Virus record (IMG/VR): IMGVR_UViG_3300024581_000835
Coordinates: 3,622-67,621 of that record
Direction: 5' to 3' (one strand)
Length of the DNA: 64,000 bases
DNA from: a virus
The position numbers were made by a program, and so were the translations under genes. A model generated the notes under the pieces. That model was given only the letters and a program-made list of their open reading frames with translations, was not told where the DNA came from and made no database searches. How positions within the stretch are numbered: position 1 is the first letter of the stretch; each line of letters begins with the position of its first letter. This document shows, one piece after another, positions 1 through 10,940 of the stretch.

Positions 1-2
1 CA

Positions 3-668
3 CACAGTTTCCTCAATTTAAACAGACGTTGGCGCATACACAGACCTATGTTTGTGGCAATGCTGGTAGCACACGGAATTATTGATCGCGGACTGGTCAG
101 TTTTGGTCCAGCAGATGATGGCAAGGATTGGAATGAGACTTGGATCGAAATAGAAAACCTCATGAGTGATTACCCGTTGGACTTTGAATATCTCAGTGCG
201 TACAAGCACAAAATAATCAATATGCCTCCACGCTATCTAGACACTGACGAGCTAGTCACAAACAGAGCCAAAATGGAAGGCACTGAAGGCTGGATGTATG
301 CTGACACATATTTCAGTTTGGTCAGCGAAACACATTACTTTGAACATCAGCAAGAGCACTCAGTGTTCTTCTCTGAAAAAGTGTTCAAGCCAATTGCATT
401 CAAACATCCATTTATATTGATTGCTCCGCCAGGTTCATTGAGTGCACTAAAAAGTTTAGGATATAAAACATTTTCAGGTTTAATTAACGAAACATACGAC
501 CAAGAACGTGATGACGTTAAACGATTAATTGCCATATTAGAAGAAACCAAGAGATTAGATTTATTAAAAGGACAAGAATTAACAGATTGGCTGGGCAAAG
601 CCAAAGAAATATGCGAATATAATTATGCATTATTGAGAACAAAGGACAGGTGGTTTCACCCTTATTAA
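3..668 (+). CDS. Putative glycosyltransferase-like protein, 5'-truncated by window edge (paralog 1 of 3)
   Basis: Frame is open from position 3 (HSFLNLNRRWRIHRP...). C-terminal SEKVFKPIAFKHPF...LGYKTF..NETYD motif is shared with 1485..3161 and 7779..9293 and resembles the GT10/GT-B nucleotide-sugar-binding region. Confidence 0.55.
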   Translation, partial: HSFLNLNRRWRIHRPMFVAMLVAHGIIDRGLVSFGPADDGKDWNETWIEIENLMSDYPLDFEYLSAYKHKIINMPPRYLDTDELVTNRAKMEGTEGWMYADTYFSLVSETHYFEHQQEHSVFFSEKVFKPIAFKHPFILIAPPGSLSALKSLGYKTFSGLINETYDQERDDVKRLIAILEETKRLDLLKGQELTDWLGKAKEICEYNYALLRTKDRWFHPY

Positions 669-669
669 C

Positions 670-1488
670 ATGCTATACAACAATCACAACATACACAACA
701 TTGACTTATCTAAATATAAAAGATTTGTTGCCATTGGGTGCAGTTTCACACGTTATCGCTGGGCCAGTTGGGCTGACTTATTGGCCAGTGAAATGCCACA
801 AGCAGAATACATCAACGTGGGCAGAAGCGGCGCCGGTAACACATACATAATGACAGCACTGCATCAACTCAAAAACAAACTGCAATTAAACAGCGATGAC
901 TTAGTGGGTATCATGTGGAGCACATATTGCAGAGAAGATAGGCTCTTAGACGGCAATTGGAGCACACCTGGAAACATATACACACAGGGCGACTACGACG
1001 AACAGTTTGTGCAAAAATTTGCTGACTTTGATTGGTACATGTTGCGGGACACAGCACTGATATCAACCACCATGCAAAGTCTAGAAACAGCAGAGTTTGA
1101 CTGTTTTGCAATGGAAGGAGTAAACCTCGATGAACAAGGATACTATGCTGGGTTCTCAGACGAGGATGTTAACATCAAAGTGTCAGCTGAACACAACACA
1201 TTAAAGCCTTCCTTGTTGAGTTATAACAAAGGTGAGTGGCCCGTGCATTACAGTTATATTAATTCACCACACAAGCCTTGGGGAGGAGATGGTTCTATAT
1301 TCGAAGACTATCATCCCAGTGCGCCTGTGTACAGACAATATTTACAACACTTGGGTTTTCCATTGACAGAATACAGTGAAACACTCAGTGAACTCAGTGA
1401 CAGCATGATGAAACAGGTACAAGGAGATGATGTGTTTGCAGATGAACAGTGGCCTTGGCAAGACCACTACGCAGGAGATTTAGTATGA
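670..1488 (+). CDS. SGNH/GDSL-fold hydrolase or acyltransferase-like protein
   Basis: N-terminal AIGCSFT (block I), G-x-G-N (block II) and C-terminal DYHP (DxH). Confidence 0.6.
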   Translation: MLYNNHNIHNIDLSKYKRFVAIGCSFTRYRWASWADLLASEMPQAEYINVGRSGAGNTYIMTALHQLKNKLQLNSDDLVGIMWSTYCREDRLLDGNWSTPGNIYTQGDYDEQFVQKFADFDWYMLRDTALISTTMQSLETAEFDCFAMEGVNLDEQGYYAGFSDEDVNIKVSAEHNTLKPSLLSYNKGEWPVHYSYINSPHKPWGGDGSIFEDYHPSAPVYRQYLQHLGFPLTEYSETLSELSDSMMKQVQGDDVFADEQWPWQDHYAGDLV

Positions 1489-3161
1489 ACGTAGAAGCCA
1501 TTCAACGAGAACAAATCAACGCATTAGTTGATGCAATAATTCTACACGGAAAACGTGTGAACCTGGTGGGTCTGGCAAACGAAGAAGACGCTCGCTCAAA
1601 AAACGAATTGCAGTTCGTTCAAGCGTTAACCGATGCTGGTGCACACATTGTGTATAATTGCGAAGATGAGCACCCACGATTTGACACCACAGTGGTAGTT
1701 AAACCCTGCGGACAATGGCGACATTACGACAGTGTAACACTGTTTATGATTCCTGAATCAGTGCATTGGGACTTATACGGTGCCGAAGGCTTTGATCCAT
1801 ACGACGGTTGGCCCGATATAGTACAGTGGCGTTGTAAAACAGCAAGTGCACAGCGTATTATTCACAGTAAATGGAGTTGTAAACCAGCAACATTGATATC
1901 TGAAGCATCAGAAAAACAGGTGCTCAAAGACCTCAATGAATATTACATGAACACTGTGGCATCACTGCATCCACAATTGATAAGACACTGGCACAACATT
2001 TGCTTTTTGTATGCAGGTGCTAATCAAGAATGGTGCATAGATCGTGTGCCTTACACTGACGTGATCAACTATGTCACTGAGCAACTAGCACAAGGTAAAA
2101 ACAGAGTGATATTTGTGAACAGCGATGAAGCTGTTTTACCCAGCAGTGTGCAAAAGTGCCACAGAATAATTAGACATTTCTCTGATTTACCTGCACACAC
2201 TTGGTTTTATGTGACCGGCAGTATCGATGGTGAAGAAACGTACCGTAATTATTGTGCACACATAGATGAAGAACCGCTGTTGAACATAATTTCAGGTTAC
2301 AGATTCGAGGGCGTTGCCAAAAGCACAGTGCAATTAGAAGTACAACCCAGCGAATTATGCATCAGCAGAAAAGAATTAATGGAAATTGACAGTTCACCTA
2401 GAATTAAATTGAAAAATTTTGTGTGCTTTAATCGCATGACACGCTGGCACAGAGTGCAGTTGTTGAGCTATTGTTTGGAAAACAATCTAGTAGATGATGC
2501 ATACTACAGTTTTGATTTCAGCACTGCTGATACTGGATATGATGTCAGAGAACGATGGAACCCCGACAGCACTGATCATGACGAATTTGATGGCGGTTAT
2601 CTCAGAGAATGGATGGACAGTTGGCCTCCCAGCAGTGCTATCTATAATCATTGGCACAAGTTTCCTCTGGTGCTAAATAGAACACAAGAAAGGGAAAATC
2701 CAGTTCAACTCTGTTCAGCAGACGTGAAATATCACAAGCACAGTTATTTCAGTGTTGTACCGGAAACTACGTTCCACAAGAGTTTGGGAGTACCTGGTGC
2801 ACCAACATCAATGAACCACACAGATGGTGTGTTCATTAGTGAAAAGATATATAAGCCTATTGCTTATAAACATCCTTTCATTGTTGCCAGCACTGCGGGC
2901 TATCTCACTCAGTTGAGACGATGCGGATACAAAACATTCCATCCTTTCATTGATGAAAGTTATGATAATGAGGTTGATGATCATAAAAGAATGATGATGA
3001 TTTGTGAGGAAATTAGTAGGCTGTGTGCACAAACAGACGAGCAGTGGTTAGAATTCCTCAGCTCAGTACAACAAACAGTAGAACACAACCTCACAGTGTT
3101 CCTTGATGATTCAAAGTCATTGGCAACTACAAAAATAAACATAGACGAGTATTTTAAATAA
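1485..3161 (+). CDS. Putative glycosyltransferase-like protein (paralog 2 of 3)
   Basis: ATG at 1485 follows GGAG. Contains FVCFNRMTRWHR and SEKIYKPIAYKHPF...GYKTF..DESYD motifs. Confidence 0.55.
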   Translation: MNVEAIQREQINALVDAIILHGKRVNLVGLANEEDARSKNELQFVQALTDAGAHIVYNCEDEHPRFDTTVVVKPCGQWRHYDSVTLFMIPESVHWDLYGAEGFDPYDGWPDIVQWRCKTASAQRIIHSKWSCKPATLISEASEKQVLKDLNEYYMNTVASLHPQLIRHWHNICFLYAGANQEWCIDRVPYTDVINYVTEQLAQGKNRVIFVNSDEAVLPSSVQKCHRIIRHFSDLPAHTWFYVTGSIDGEETYRNYCAHIDEEPLLNIISGYRFEGVAKSTVQLEVQPSELCISRKELMEIDSSPRIKLKNFVCFNRMTRWHRVQLLSYCLENNLVDDAYYSFDFSTADTGYDVRERWNPDSTDHDEFDGGYLREWMDSWPPSSAIYNHWHKFPLVLNRTQERENPVQLCSADVKYHKHSYFSVVPETTFHKSLGVPGAPTSMNHTDGVFISEKIYKPIAYKHPFIVASTAGYLTQLRRCGYKTFHPFIDESYDNEVDDHKRMMMICEEISRLCAQTDEQWLEFLSSVQQTVEHNLTVFLDDSKSLATTKINIDEYFK

Positions 3162-5443
3162 TGGCAGAGAAAAAAGATCCAATCGTTTTTGACTTCAACC
3201 TAACAGATTTAGCCAAAGCTGAAGCTGACGAAAATCGTTACGAGAAACCAGAGCTCAGTGTGGAGGATGCTCGCCATCAGCAGATGATGGACACCATTGC
3301 ACCTTACGCTAAAAAAGTGCGTCAGAAGAAAATGACACAAGTGGACATTGAGTATGCTACTCGCAATACCAAGATGATGCTGGTTATATGTCCTGAATGG
3401 GCACCAGAGTTTCCACCTTTTAACATGGCTAGACTAAGTGGCGTTGCCAAACGTGCTGGCTACGAAACACAAATACTGGATCTCAACATCAAAGCATACA
3501 ATGCTTTCCGCGATGATTGGCAACCAAATGAGAAAATACCTTTCCGCTTGTGGGATCCTAGTGCCAGTTGGCATTGGTTGGGCGACACATACATGCAGGA
3601 TATTCACCCTCTGTTAGAGCCAATACTGGAAAAAGGCATACAAGATATCATTAAATGGAATCCACAGTTGGTGGGTTTCACACAATATTATATTTCTGAA
3701 GAACCTACCAAATGGATGTGTGCACGATTAAAAGAATTACGTCCCGATATTAAAATTGCAGTGGGTGGCTCAAATGTGCAAAAAGATTGGTTTGCCAAAC
3801 ATGAGTTTTATGATTACATTTGCACAGGTGAAGGCGAAGCCGCTATACTTAATATACTAGACGACATTGAAAATGGTGTAGAGCGTGAGCCCATGTACAC
3901 CATCAAGCAAGCAGAAACAGAACGCATTGACATCAACGACATGCCTATGCCTGACTACAGTGGATTAGACTTCAACGAATACAAAGTGCCCAATGGTGTA
4001 ACATCAGAGTTCAGCAGAGGGTGTACTGCTAAGTGTACGTTCTGTGAAGAGACACACTTCTGGAAGTATCGTCAGCGTATGGCTGTGGACGTGGTCAGAG
4101 AAGCAGAATACCTGTACTATGAGAAAGGTGCAGACATCATGTGGTTCATTGATTCGTTAATAAATGGCAATGTAAACGAACTGCGAGCATTCGCACTAGC
4201 ACTCAAAGAAAAGAATGTTAAAATGCGCTGGACAGGCTATGCACGTTGCGACGGCAGAATGGACGATGCATACTTCAAAGACATATCCGAAGGCGGCTGT
4301 ATCATGTTAAACTACGGCTGTGAGAGTGGCTCGCAAAAAGTGCTAGACGACATGGCCAAGGGTGTAACCATCAAAGAGATGGAAGACAATTTCGCATCAG
4401 GTAAAAAGTATGGCGTAATGGCAGCCACCAACTGGATTGTGGGTTTCCCCACAGAAGAGCATGAAGACTTTGCACAAACAATGACATTCCTGTGGCGTAA
4501 TCGCAATGGCAACATCAACAACGTAGGTGCTGGTGTAGGAATGGCAGTAGGCCCAGAAACCATTGTAGGACAGAATCCACACAAGTATAACGTGAGTTAT
4601 CACAAGTTTATGAATCACTGGATCTCAAATGATCTACGCAAAGGCGGCACACATGTGATGCATCGTGTTAAACTGTTTCACATATTCTTAGACTTTATGA
4701 CTGGGTGTACAGATATTCCGTTTGGTTATCCTGTGCGTTATAATCTACGCAACGAGCACTATGTTATTCGACTGAATAATCCAGAAACTATTCACGAAAT
4801 AGAATACGAAAACTTTGATTACAACATAATTAAACCAGATATTAATCCTTTTGCAGACGCATTGGTAAATGAAATATGGCCTTTCTTGAGATTGTTATGG
4901 TTGACTCGAGGCGGTTATAGATTGCAACTGGACTTCAACCCCACAATTGATTTAAAAGAATTTGGTTCACAGTTTGGACCAGGTATGTTTTATGGACAGT
5001 ATAATTTTGTGATCACAGATGAAGGGCAGTGGAAAGCACACTTCCGTTATAAGTTTGATCAGAATGTGGAAAACCCATGGGACGGCAGACCAGATGATCG
5101 TAAAGGTGCGTTCTATGCACAAGACTACTCACGTATGCAATCAAATGCGGCCAAACGTGCTCGTAAGTTGGCCAAGCCCGAATGGGATTTGAACGAAGGA
5201 CGCAGTCAAAGTGATTTCGGTGATCTACTCAAAGAAGAAGAATGGTTAAACGAAAACATCGATTTCTCATTCGAGTACGAGTACAAAGACAAAGGCGAAT
5301 GGCAACGTGGCTCACACGACGTGGCAGTAAGCGACAAGATTTCAGCAGGTGTTAACGCAGACAATGTGCACCTGGGAGGCAAGCCCGAGGGTGTGGTTAT
5401 ATCAGACGCAATCAACATTGTGGATGTAAGTAACAATGGCTAA
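3161..5443 (+). CDS. Cobalamin-binding radical SAM enzyme (class B methyltransferase-like)
   Basis: SRGCTAKCTFC (CxxxCxxC), upstream B12-binding-type segment (VGGS...ICTGEGE), GCESGSQKVL and WIVGFPTE motifs. Confidence 0.85.
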   Translation: MAEKKDPIVFDFNLTDLAKAEADENRYEKPELSVEDARHQQMMDTIAPYAKKVRQKKMTQVDIEYATRNTKMMLVICPEWAPEFPPFNMARLSGVAKRAGYETQILDLNIKAYNAFRDDWQPNEKIPFRLWDPSASWHWLGDTYMQDIHPLLEPILEKGIQDIIKWNPQLVGFTQYYISEEPTKWMCARLKELRPDIKIAVGGSNVQKDWFAKHEFYDYICTGEGEAAILNILDDIENGVEREPMYTIKQAETERIDINDMPMPDYSGLDFNEYKVPNGVTSEFSRGCTAKCTFCEETHFWKYRQRMAVDVVREAEYLYYEKGADIMWFIDSLINGNVNELRAFALALKEKNVKMRWTGYARCDGRMDDAYFKDISEGGCIMLNYGCESGSQKVLDDMAKGVTIKEMEDNFASGKKYGVMAATNWIVGFPTEEHEDFAQTMTFLWRNRNGNINNVGAGVGMAVGPETIVGQNPHKYNVSYHKFMNHWISNDLRKGGTHVMHRVKLFHIFLDFMTGCTDIPFGYPVRYNLRNEHYVIRLNNPETIHEIEYENFDYNIIKPDINPFADALVNEIWPFLRLLWLTRGGYRLQLDFNPTIDLKEFGSQFGPGMFYGQYNFVITDEGQWKAHFRYKFDQNVENPWDGRPDDRKGAFYAQDYSRMQSNAAKRARKLAKPEWDLNEGRSQSDFGDLLKEEEWLNENIDFSFEYEYKDKGEWQRGSHDVAVSDKISAGVNADNVHLGGKPEGVVISDAINIVDVSNNG

Positions 5444-6281
5444 GTTATACTGTTTAGGAGATAGTTGGAGCTTTGGCTGGGCTGGCCATGACGAGGTGAA
5501 TAATGTTCATAAAAAACCGTTTGTGAAAAACTACTGTTATGTTTTAGCATCCAAGTTACAATTAGAGCTAGTAAATTTCAGCTTACCTGGAAACAGTTTC
5601 CCACAAATAACACAACAATTTTTCAGACGAGTAGCACCTATATTACAAAAAGGTGATGTGGTGTTCTTCACCATACCACCAGATGTGAGATGGCACAGAG
5701 CAGTACCCAAGGGCTTTAATGTAGATAATAATGGTTTTGGGTGGCATGATGATGAAGACACAATTTCCACATTATATTGTCACAGTGAAATTTCACATAA
5801 AATGATAGCACCAGGCTCAATTATCACTGACGATACATTCTGTTACTTGGAATCAGAGATAGCTCAAAACAATCATAATCCTTATTGGTTCAAGTACAAT
5901 ACCAGTTTACAATTAATTGCAATAACACATTATTGTGATGCTAAAAATATCACTTGTGCATTACAGCACAACTATGGTAATTTAGATGATTTATTGTGGG
6001 CGACACCAACACATTTATTGCTGGATAAAAATCACAGCATGTGGGAATGGATGGGACTACCACAGTTGAGGAACCTGTTGGATTTTCGCGAAGTGGACGG
6101 CGACGGTCCTAATGAGAGTGCATTACCAGAAGGTTGGACCATGTTTGATCTTCAACAGTTATGTGAGGAAAAATTACTAATGCAAGCAGATGGCGGAGGC
6201 ATAGATTGGCATCCTAATGCAAGCAGTCACAAACAAATAGGAGAAATACTGTATGACAAACTCAGTGAACGAATGGGGTAA
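5436..6281 (+). CDS. SGNH/GDSL-fold protein
   Basis: CLGDSWS at the N-terminus, DWHPN at the C-terminus. Confidence 0.6.
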   Translation: MAKLYCLGDSWSFGWAGHDEVNNVHKKPFVKNYCYVLASKLQLELVNFSLPGNSFPQITQQFFRRVAPILQKGDVVFFTIPPDVRWHRAVPKGFNVDNNGFGWHDDEDTISTLYCHSEISHKMIAPGSIITDDTFCYLESEIAQNNHNPYWFKYNTSLQLIAITHYCDAKNITCALQHNYGNLDDLLWATPTHLLLDKNHSMWEWMGLPQLRNLLDFREVDGDGPNESALPEGWTMFDLQQLCEEKLLMQADGGGIDWHPNASSHKQIGEILYDKLSERMG

Positions 6282-7215
6282 TTTAAAAAGAGTAATCGTG
6301 GGTTCAGCCACCGGTGCTCGTGTTCCTGAGTTAGACATCAGTATGCGACTGGTGAACTATGCGGACGTAGCCGATGAAAGCACCATTAACACAGGACCCT
6401 ATCCACAAATAGTCATAGACGAAGCCAACGAAGACTTAGAAACATTTGTTAAATTTTTAGAAGGCGAAGGAGTTGTAGTTGAACGTCCTAAGCCTGTAAC
6501 ACCTGTGTCTTATTATGATTATTGCCCCAGAGACATTGTGTTTGTGCACGGCAATCATGCTATTGCCACACCCATGCCCATCAAAGCAAGAGCATTTAAC
6601 TTCACCAATATAGGACATTGTTTTGATAACTTGCTTGTTGCACACAGACATGTTGGCACAGACTTGTACAATAACAAATGTTTAGGCGACCCAGATACAT
6701 TAGCACTCACAGATGTTGCACCTGCTTTTGATGCGGCAAACATTATTCGTGCAAATGATGATTTACTGTATTTGGTCAGTAATTCCGGTAATCGTGCCGG
6801 CGCAGATTGGTTACGACAGCACACAGGTTTAAACGTGCATCTATTAGAAGGTGTATATTCATACATGCACATAGACAGCACTGTGGCATTCTTGCGTGAA
6901 GGTTTGATGTTGCTCAACCCCAGCAGAATAAAAGACGTATCGGTGTTACCAGAGCCATTCAGAAGTTGGGATTACATCATGTGCCCAGAGCCTACCGAAA
7001 TGGGTTACTACGGCGACTACAACAATGCCAGCACATGGATCAATATGAATTTGTTCAGTGTAAATGAAAACTTGGTAGCACTGGAAGAGAATCAACACAG
7101 TCTGAGAATAGAATTAGAAAAGCACGGCATTGAATGTGCTATGTTACCCACTAGACATCAGCGTACATTAGGCGGCGGTTTCCATTGTGTGACATTGGAT
7201 TTAGAAAGAGAATAA
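6253..7215 (+). CDS. Amidinotransferase (glycine/inosamine-phosphate amidinotransferase family)
   Basis: NEWGNLKRVIVG start, CPRD, FDAAN (Asp), HIDS (His) and GGGFHCVTLD (catalytic Cys). Confidence 0.9.
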   Translation: MTNSVNEWGNLKRVIVGSATGARVPELDISMRLVNYADVADESTINTGPYPQIVIDEANEDLETFVKFLEGEGVVVERPKPVTPVSYYDYCPRDIVFVHGNHAIATPMPIKARAFNFTNIGHCFDNLLVAHRHVGTDLYNNKCLGDPDTLALTDVAPAFDAANIIRANDDLLYLVSNSGNRAGADWLRQHTGLNVHLLEGVYSYMHIDSTVAFLREGLMLLNPSRIKDVSVLPEPFRSWDYIMCPEPTEMGYYGDYNNASTWINMNLFSVNENLVALEENQHSLRIELEKHGIECAMLPTRHQRTLGGGFHCVTLDLERE

Positions 7216-7216
7216 T

Positions 7217-7777
7217 ATGGCAGAGCTGATAGAAGGACATTTACCCATAACCACAATACCTGGTTTCAGTGAGGATTACAAACAGTTTGAATATATAAGA
7301 CAGCCCATCAAGCAGTCAGAAATAGATGCTTGGCGTGAGCTGGGTTACACACACAACAGTTTCTCGGGTGTGATGTATGGACAAGCAGGCGGCAAAAATG
7401 CCATGCCACTGTGGGTATATGATGTTGCTAATTATTTGAATTTGGAAAACCCTGGCTTTGTGTTTTATAAAATGAGCTGTATGGAAGTTATGCCTGTGCA
7501 CGAAGATCATTTTGAAACATACTGCAAGGTGTTTAACTTACAGCGCATGGATGTGTGGCGTGGACTTGTGATGCTGGAAGATTGGAAAAGCGGGCATTAT
7601 TTAGAAATGGACAACCGTGCTTATGTTAATTGGAAGCAAGGCGATTACTTTTTGTGGAGTGCTGACACACCACATGCCGCATCCAACATTGGACCAGAAC
7701 CCAGATGGACACTGCAAATAACAGGTGTGCCCAGAACAAAGAATAGAATAGAATTATATCCACATAACGGAATGTAA
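7217..7777 (+). CDS. 2OG-Fe(II)/cupin-type dioxygenase
   Basis: HED (HxD), distal TPHAASN and RWTLQIT (2OG-binding Arg position). Confidence 0.65.
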   Translation: MAELIEGHLPITTIPGFSEDYKQFEYIRQPIKQSEIDAWRELGYTHNSFSGVMYGQAGGKNAMPLWVYDVANYLNLENPGFVFYKMSCMEVMPVHEDHFETYCKVFNLQRMDVWRGLVMLEDWKSGHYLEMDNRAYVNWKQGDYFLWSADTPHAASNIGPEPRWTLQITGVPRTKNRIELYPHNGM

Positions 7778-7778
7778 C

Positions 7779-9293
7779 ATGACAGACAAACACAGTGACG
7801 TAAAAGCAGGCACAGTAGAACTAGAAGCTGGCGCCAAAGAGCTAGACCTTGAAGTTATACACAGCAGTTTAGCACACTTTAACTTTCCAGAAGGCAGTAT
7901 GGACCATGCTCGCAATGTGATGCAAGCAACCATACACGATATACCACGTATTAGAACTTGGACAGAGTATCGCATACATTCTGAATACGAAGACCCTACG
8001 GCACCTTCTCTGTTTTATCAAGCCAACGGCGAAATCAAACAGTTGATCACACTGGAACATGATCCAGACACAGTTGCATACCTCAATGAAAGAGGACTGC
8101 ACATTTATCTATATGAACCATTGTGTTTGTACATAGACAACGATCCAATCAAAGGGATATGGGGCGGGCATTACAATTTTGGCTTTTATTCAGAATGGCC
8201 CAACGAAGCTGTGCACCCAAAGAAAGCAAGAGCAAGCGAATTAGACAGCATTGCATATTATATGGGGCAAAATGGTCTCAACAATGTGCATGTGCACACA
8301 GGTGATTACCGTGTAGAGGAACAATTACCTTACTATAATTTTATGAAATTATACTGCGACGATCCTTTTTTGAATGAATTAATGATGTACGACAATGCAG
8401 AGCGCACAATTAAGAGACGTTTTGAAAAACACTTTGTGTGCACCAGTTGGCGATTCACAACACCACGTGCAATTATGAGTGCTGTTATGGCAGACATCGA
8501 CAGTGTAAACATGATATGGTTCTTCCAAACGCCTGTGGAAAAATTAGGACTGCACAAAAGTCCACTAGGAGAAGAACTCAGCGAAGGCACACCATGGATG
8601 TGTTTCCAGAATGGTCATCCGGATAGACCAAAGTTTTATGATCAACTGGTTAGAGGCATGGAAAAAGTAAACAAAATAGTGCCTCTTACTTGTGATGTAA
8701 AAGCAGACAAACCCACAGTGCTTGATGAGATTGCTGGACACTGGTATCCTCAAGCAACCACATTTGACGGTATGGGTAATCCGGTTGTGATGAACCCCAC
8801 TATGTTGCCATTGGAGCCACTGTACAGAAATGCGTTCCTGGACATAGTGTGCGAAAGCAGATACGGTCAGCCTACAGGCAACATATCTGAGAAAGTGTTA
8901 CAGAGCATACAGTTTAAAACACCATTCCTATTAGTAGCGCCGCCGTACTGTTTGCGTTACATGAAAGAGTTAGGTTATAAAACATTTGATCGCTGGTGGG
9001 ACGAAAGTTACGACGAAACAGAAAACCATTTACACAGAATGGAAAAGATCATTGACATAGTGAATTGGATAGCCAGCCTCAGTTTAGAACAATGCCACGA
9101 CATGTATCTTGACATGTTGCCTGTGTTAAAGTATAATTACGAACAAATGGCTCGCAACAGCAGGCTCAAGCGTATCACACACCTGCACAAAGACGATTTA
9201 CTCAGCAGTACCAAAGCAGTAGAATGGGCACAAGGCGATGGCCCAGGGCTTGCTGAAATGATTGAGCGCAGTTCCAACAACAGAGAGTATTAA
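7779..9293 (+). CDS. Putative glycosyltransferase-like protein (paralog 3 of 3)
   Basis: SEKVLQSIQFKTPF...LGYKTFDRWWDESYD motif. Confidence 0.55.
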   Translation: MTDKHSDVKAGTVELEAGAKELDLEVIHSSLAHFNFPEGSMDHARNVMQATIHDIPRIRTWTEYRIHSEYEDPTAPSLFYQANGEIKQLITLEHDPDTVAYLNERGLHIYLYEPLCLYIDNDPIKGIWGGHYNFGFYSEWPNEAVHPKKARASELDSIAYYMGQNGLNNVHVHTGDYRVEEQLPYYNFMKLYCDDPFLNELMMYDNAERTIKRRFEKHFVCTSWRFTTPRAIMSAVMADIDSVNMIWFFQTPVEKLGLHKSPLGEELSEGTPWMCFQNGHPDRPKFYDQLVRGMEKVNKIVPLTCDVKADKPTVLDEIAGHWYPQATTFDGMGNPVVMNPTMLPLEPLYRNAFLDIVCESRYGQPTGNISEKVLQSIQFKTPFLLVAPPYCLRYMKELGYKTFDRWWDESYDETENHLHRMEKIIDIVNWIASLSLEQCHDMYLDMLPVLKYNYEQMARNSRLKRITHLHKDDLLSSTKAVEWAQGDGPGLAEMIERSSNNREY

Positions 9294-9294
9294 C

Positions 9295-10026
9295 ATGAAA
9301 GAAAAGATCATGCTGGTAACAGGTTGCTCACATGCAGGCGGCTCAGAGATAGACGGCACAGAAGATTCAGCATACAATAGAACACACAGTTTTGGCAATG
9401 TGTTAGGCAAAATACTGGGCCGTAGGTGTATAAACATCAGCATTGCATCACAAAGCAACAGTGCTATTGCCAGAGGTATAGTAGAATGGTTTGCCAACAA
9501 CTACGACCGAGAACAACACGATGTGATGGTCAGCGTGGGTTGGACAGAATGTACCAGACTGGAAATACCAATGGGATTGGATGTTGACCATGAATACAAC
9601 AATCCTGCCATAGACTATTATCCCAGGAACACTGCAAAGTTCTTACAAATCAATTCTGGATGGGAAGGCTTCACTGATTACGAAAAAGAAATCATGCCTT
9701 ATTGGCATGAGTTTATGGTAAAGAATGAAAAAATGTGTGAGATAATGAGTGCAAAAGATGCACTGATGACACAGTATTTTTTACAAAGTCAAGGCGCTGA
9801 TTGGATATTCTGTAATACCATGCCCAACTTTAAAAAGAATAGATATACCAATTTCTATATTTCACAACTAGACATGAGCAAATACTTTGAACCGTTTGCC
9901 GAAGAGGGCTTCTTTTGGTTTTATCGCAATCAAGGTTTTGAAAACCCCAAAGCAAAGTATTGGCACCATGATGAAACACCACACAGACTGCAAGCAGAAA
10001 GATTATTTGACTTTATAAACAGTTAA
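9295..10026 (+). CDS. SGNH/GDSL-fold protein
   Basis: VTGCSHAGG, SNSAI and C-terminal WHH. ATG at 9295 directly follows the previous stop. Confidence 0.55.
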   Translation: MKEKIMLVTGCSHAGGSEIDGTEDSAYNRTHSFGNVLGKILGRRCINISIASQSNSAIARGIVEWFANNYDREQHDVMVSVGWTECTRLEIPMGLDVDHEYNNPAIDYYPRNTAKFLQINSGWEGFTDYEKEIMPYWHEFMVKNEKMCEIMSAKDALMTQYFLQSQGADWIFCNTMPNFKKNRYTNFYISQLDMSKYFEPFAEEGFFWFYRNQGFENPKAKYWHHDETPHRLQAERLFDFINS

Positions 10027-10940
10027 TACAGTTTGGGCTTTGCACGTTCCAACATTTCCAGCACACCCTTTTCTGCCGACCCAGCATTAAAATTGGTTGC
10101 ACCTCTGTCAACACTCCACAAGTCTCTCCAGTCTTTCATGTTGGGCAAAGACTGGCGTTTTATTGGTTCGATCTCACCTCTGTATGTATGGTGTTGCTTT
10201 TCGTTCAATGAAGGAATTTTTTTATCGTAACTGCGTAATAAATTGTTTTGCTGTTTCATCCATTGACGCAAGTCAGTGCTGATTTCCCAACCCAATCCTG
10301 GATACACTTTGTATTTGAGAAACTGTAAATGCACCATTGGATTAGGGTGCCCATCTACTGCATTGATGTTGGGTGTTAAATCTCTGTACATTTTTCTAGC
10401 CGCTGTGTATTCTGTATCACCTCTGTCATAGAATTTGTTTTTGGGATCAAAGGTTTGAAAACTGTACAGCATTTCATCAGCGGGGTCTGGATCTTCGTTG
10501 GGACTGTATTCTTCATTGTGACCCATGTGTGCTTGATACGAAATGTTGAATGCACGATTGGCTGCCACAATAGCAGTTATGCTTTTCATAATGTAATTTT
10601 CAAACACAAAAAATTGGTCAGCAAAACTTTTATATGGTTGAACGTCTGTGTTTACGATACTACCTACTTTGCAAAACTGCGGACCTAGCCCTGTTTCAAA
10701 CAGCCTATCCTCTCGCATCCAACTGCTCCACAGCACACAGATTACATCATCATCTGTGAATTTGTGTTTGAGATCAGCCGCAACCAAACTGTTTAGTATG
10801 TGCTCGTTGCCCATACCAGAGTTACCATAGTTGTATGTTTCCCAGCCTTGTAGGTCTAAGTCGTAGCACATGCCATCTGCCCATGTTGCCCAGTTGTAGT
10901 CTGTGTACGAACAGCCAAAAGCAAAAAATCTATTAGACAT
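10023..10940 (-). CDS. SGNH/GDSL-fold protein
   Basis: MSNRFFAFGCSYT, GMGN and DGHPN. Start moved to the ATG at 10940. Confidence 0.6.
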   Translation of the reverse strand: MSNRFFAFGCSYTDYNWATWADGMCYDLDLQGWETYNYGNSGMGNEHILNSLVAADLKHKFTDDDVICVLWSSWMREDRLFETGLGPQFCKVGSIVNTDVQPYKSFADQFFVFENYIMKSITAIVAANRAFNISYQAHMGHNEEYSPNEDPDPADEMLYSFQTFDPKNKFYDRGDTEYTAARKMYRDLTPNINAVDGHPNPMVHLQFLKYKVYPGLGWEISTDLRQWMKQQNNLLRSYDKKIPSLNEKQHHTYRGEIEPIKRQSLPNMKDWRDLWSVDRGATNFNAGSAEKGVLEMLERAKPKLY

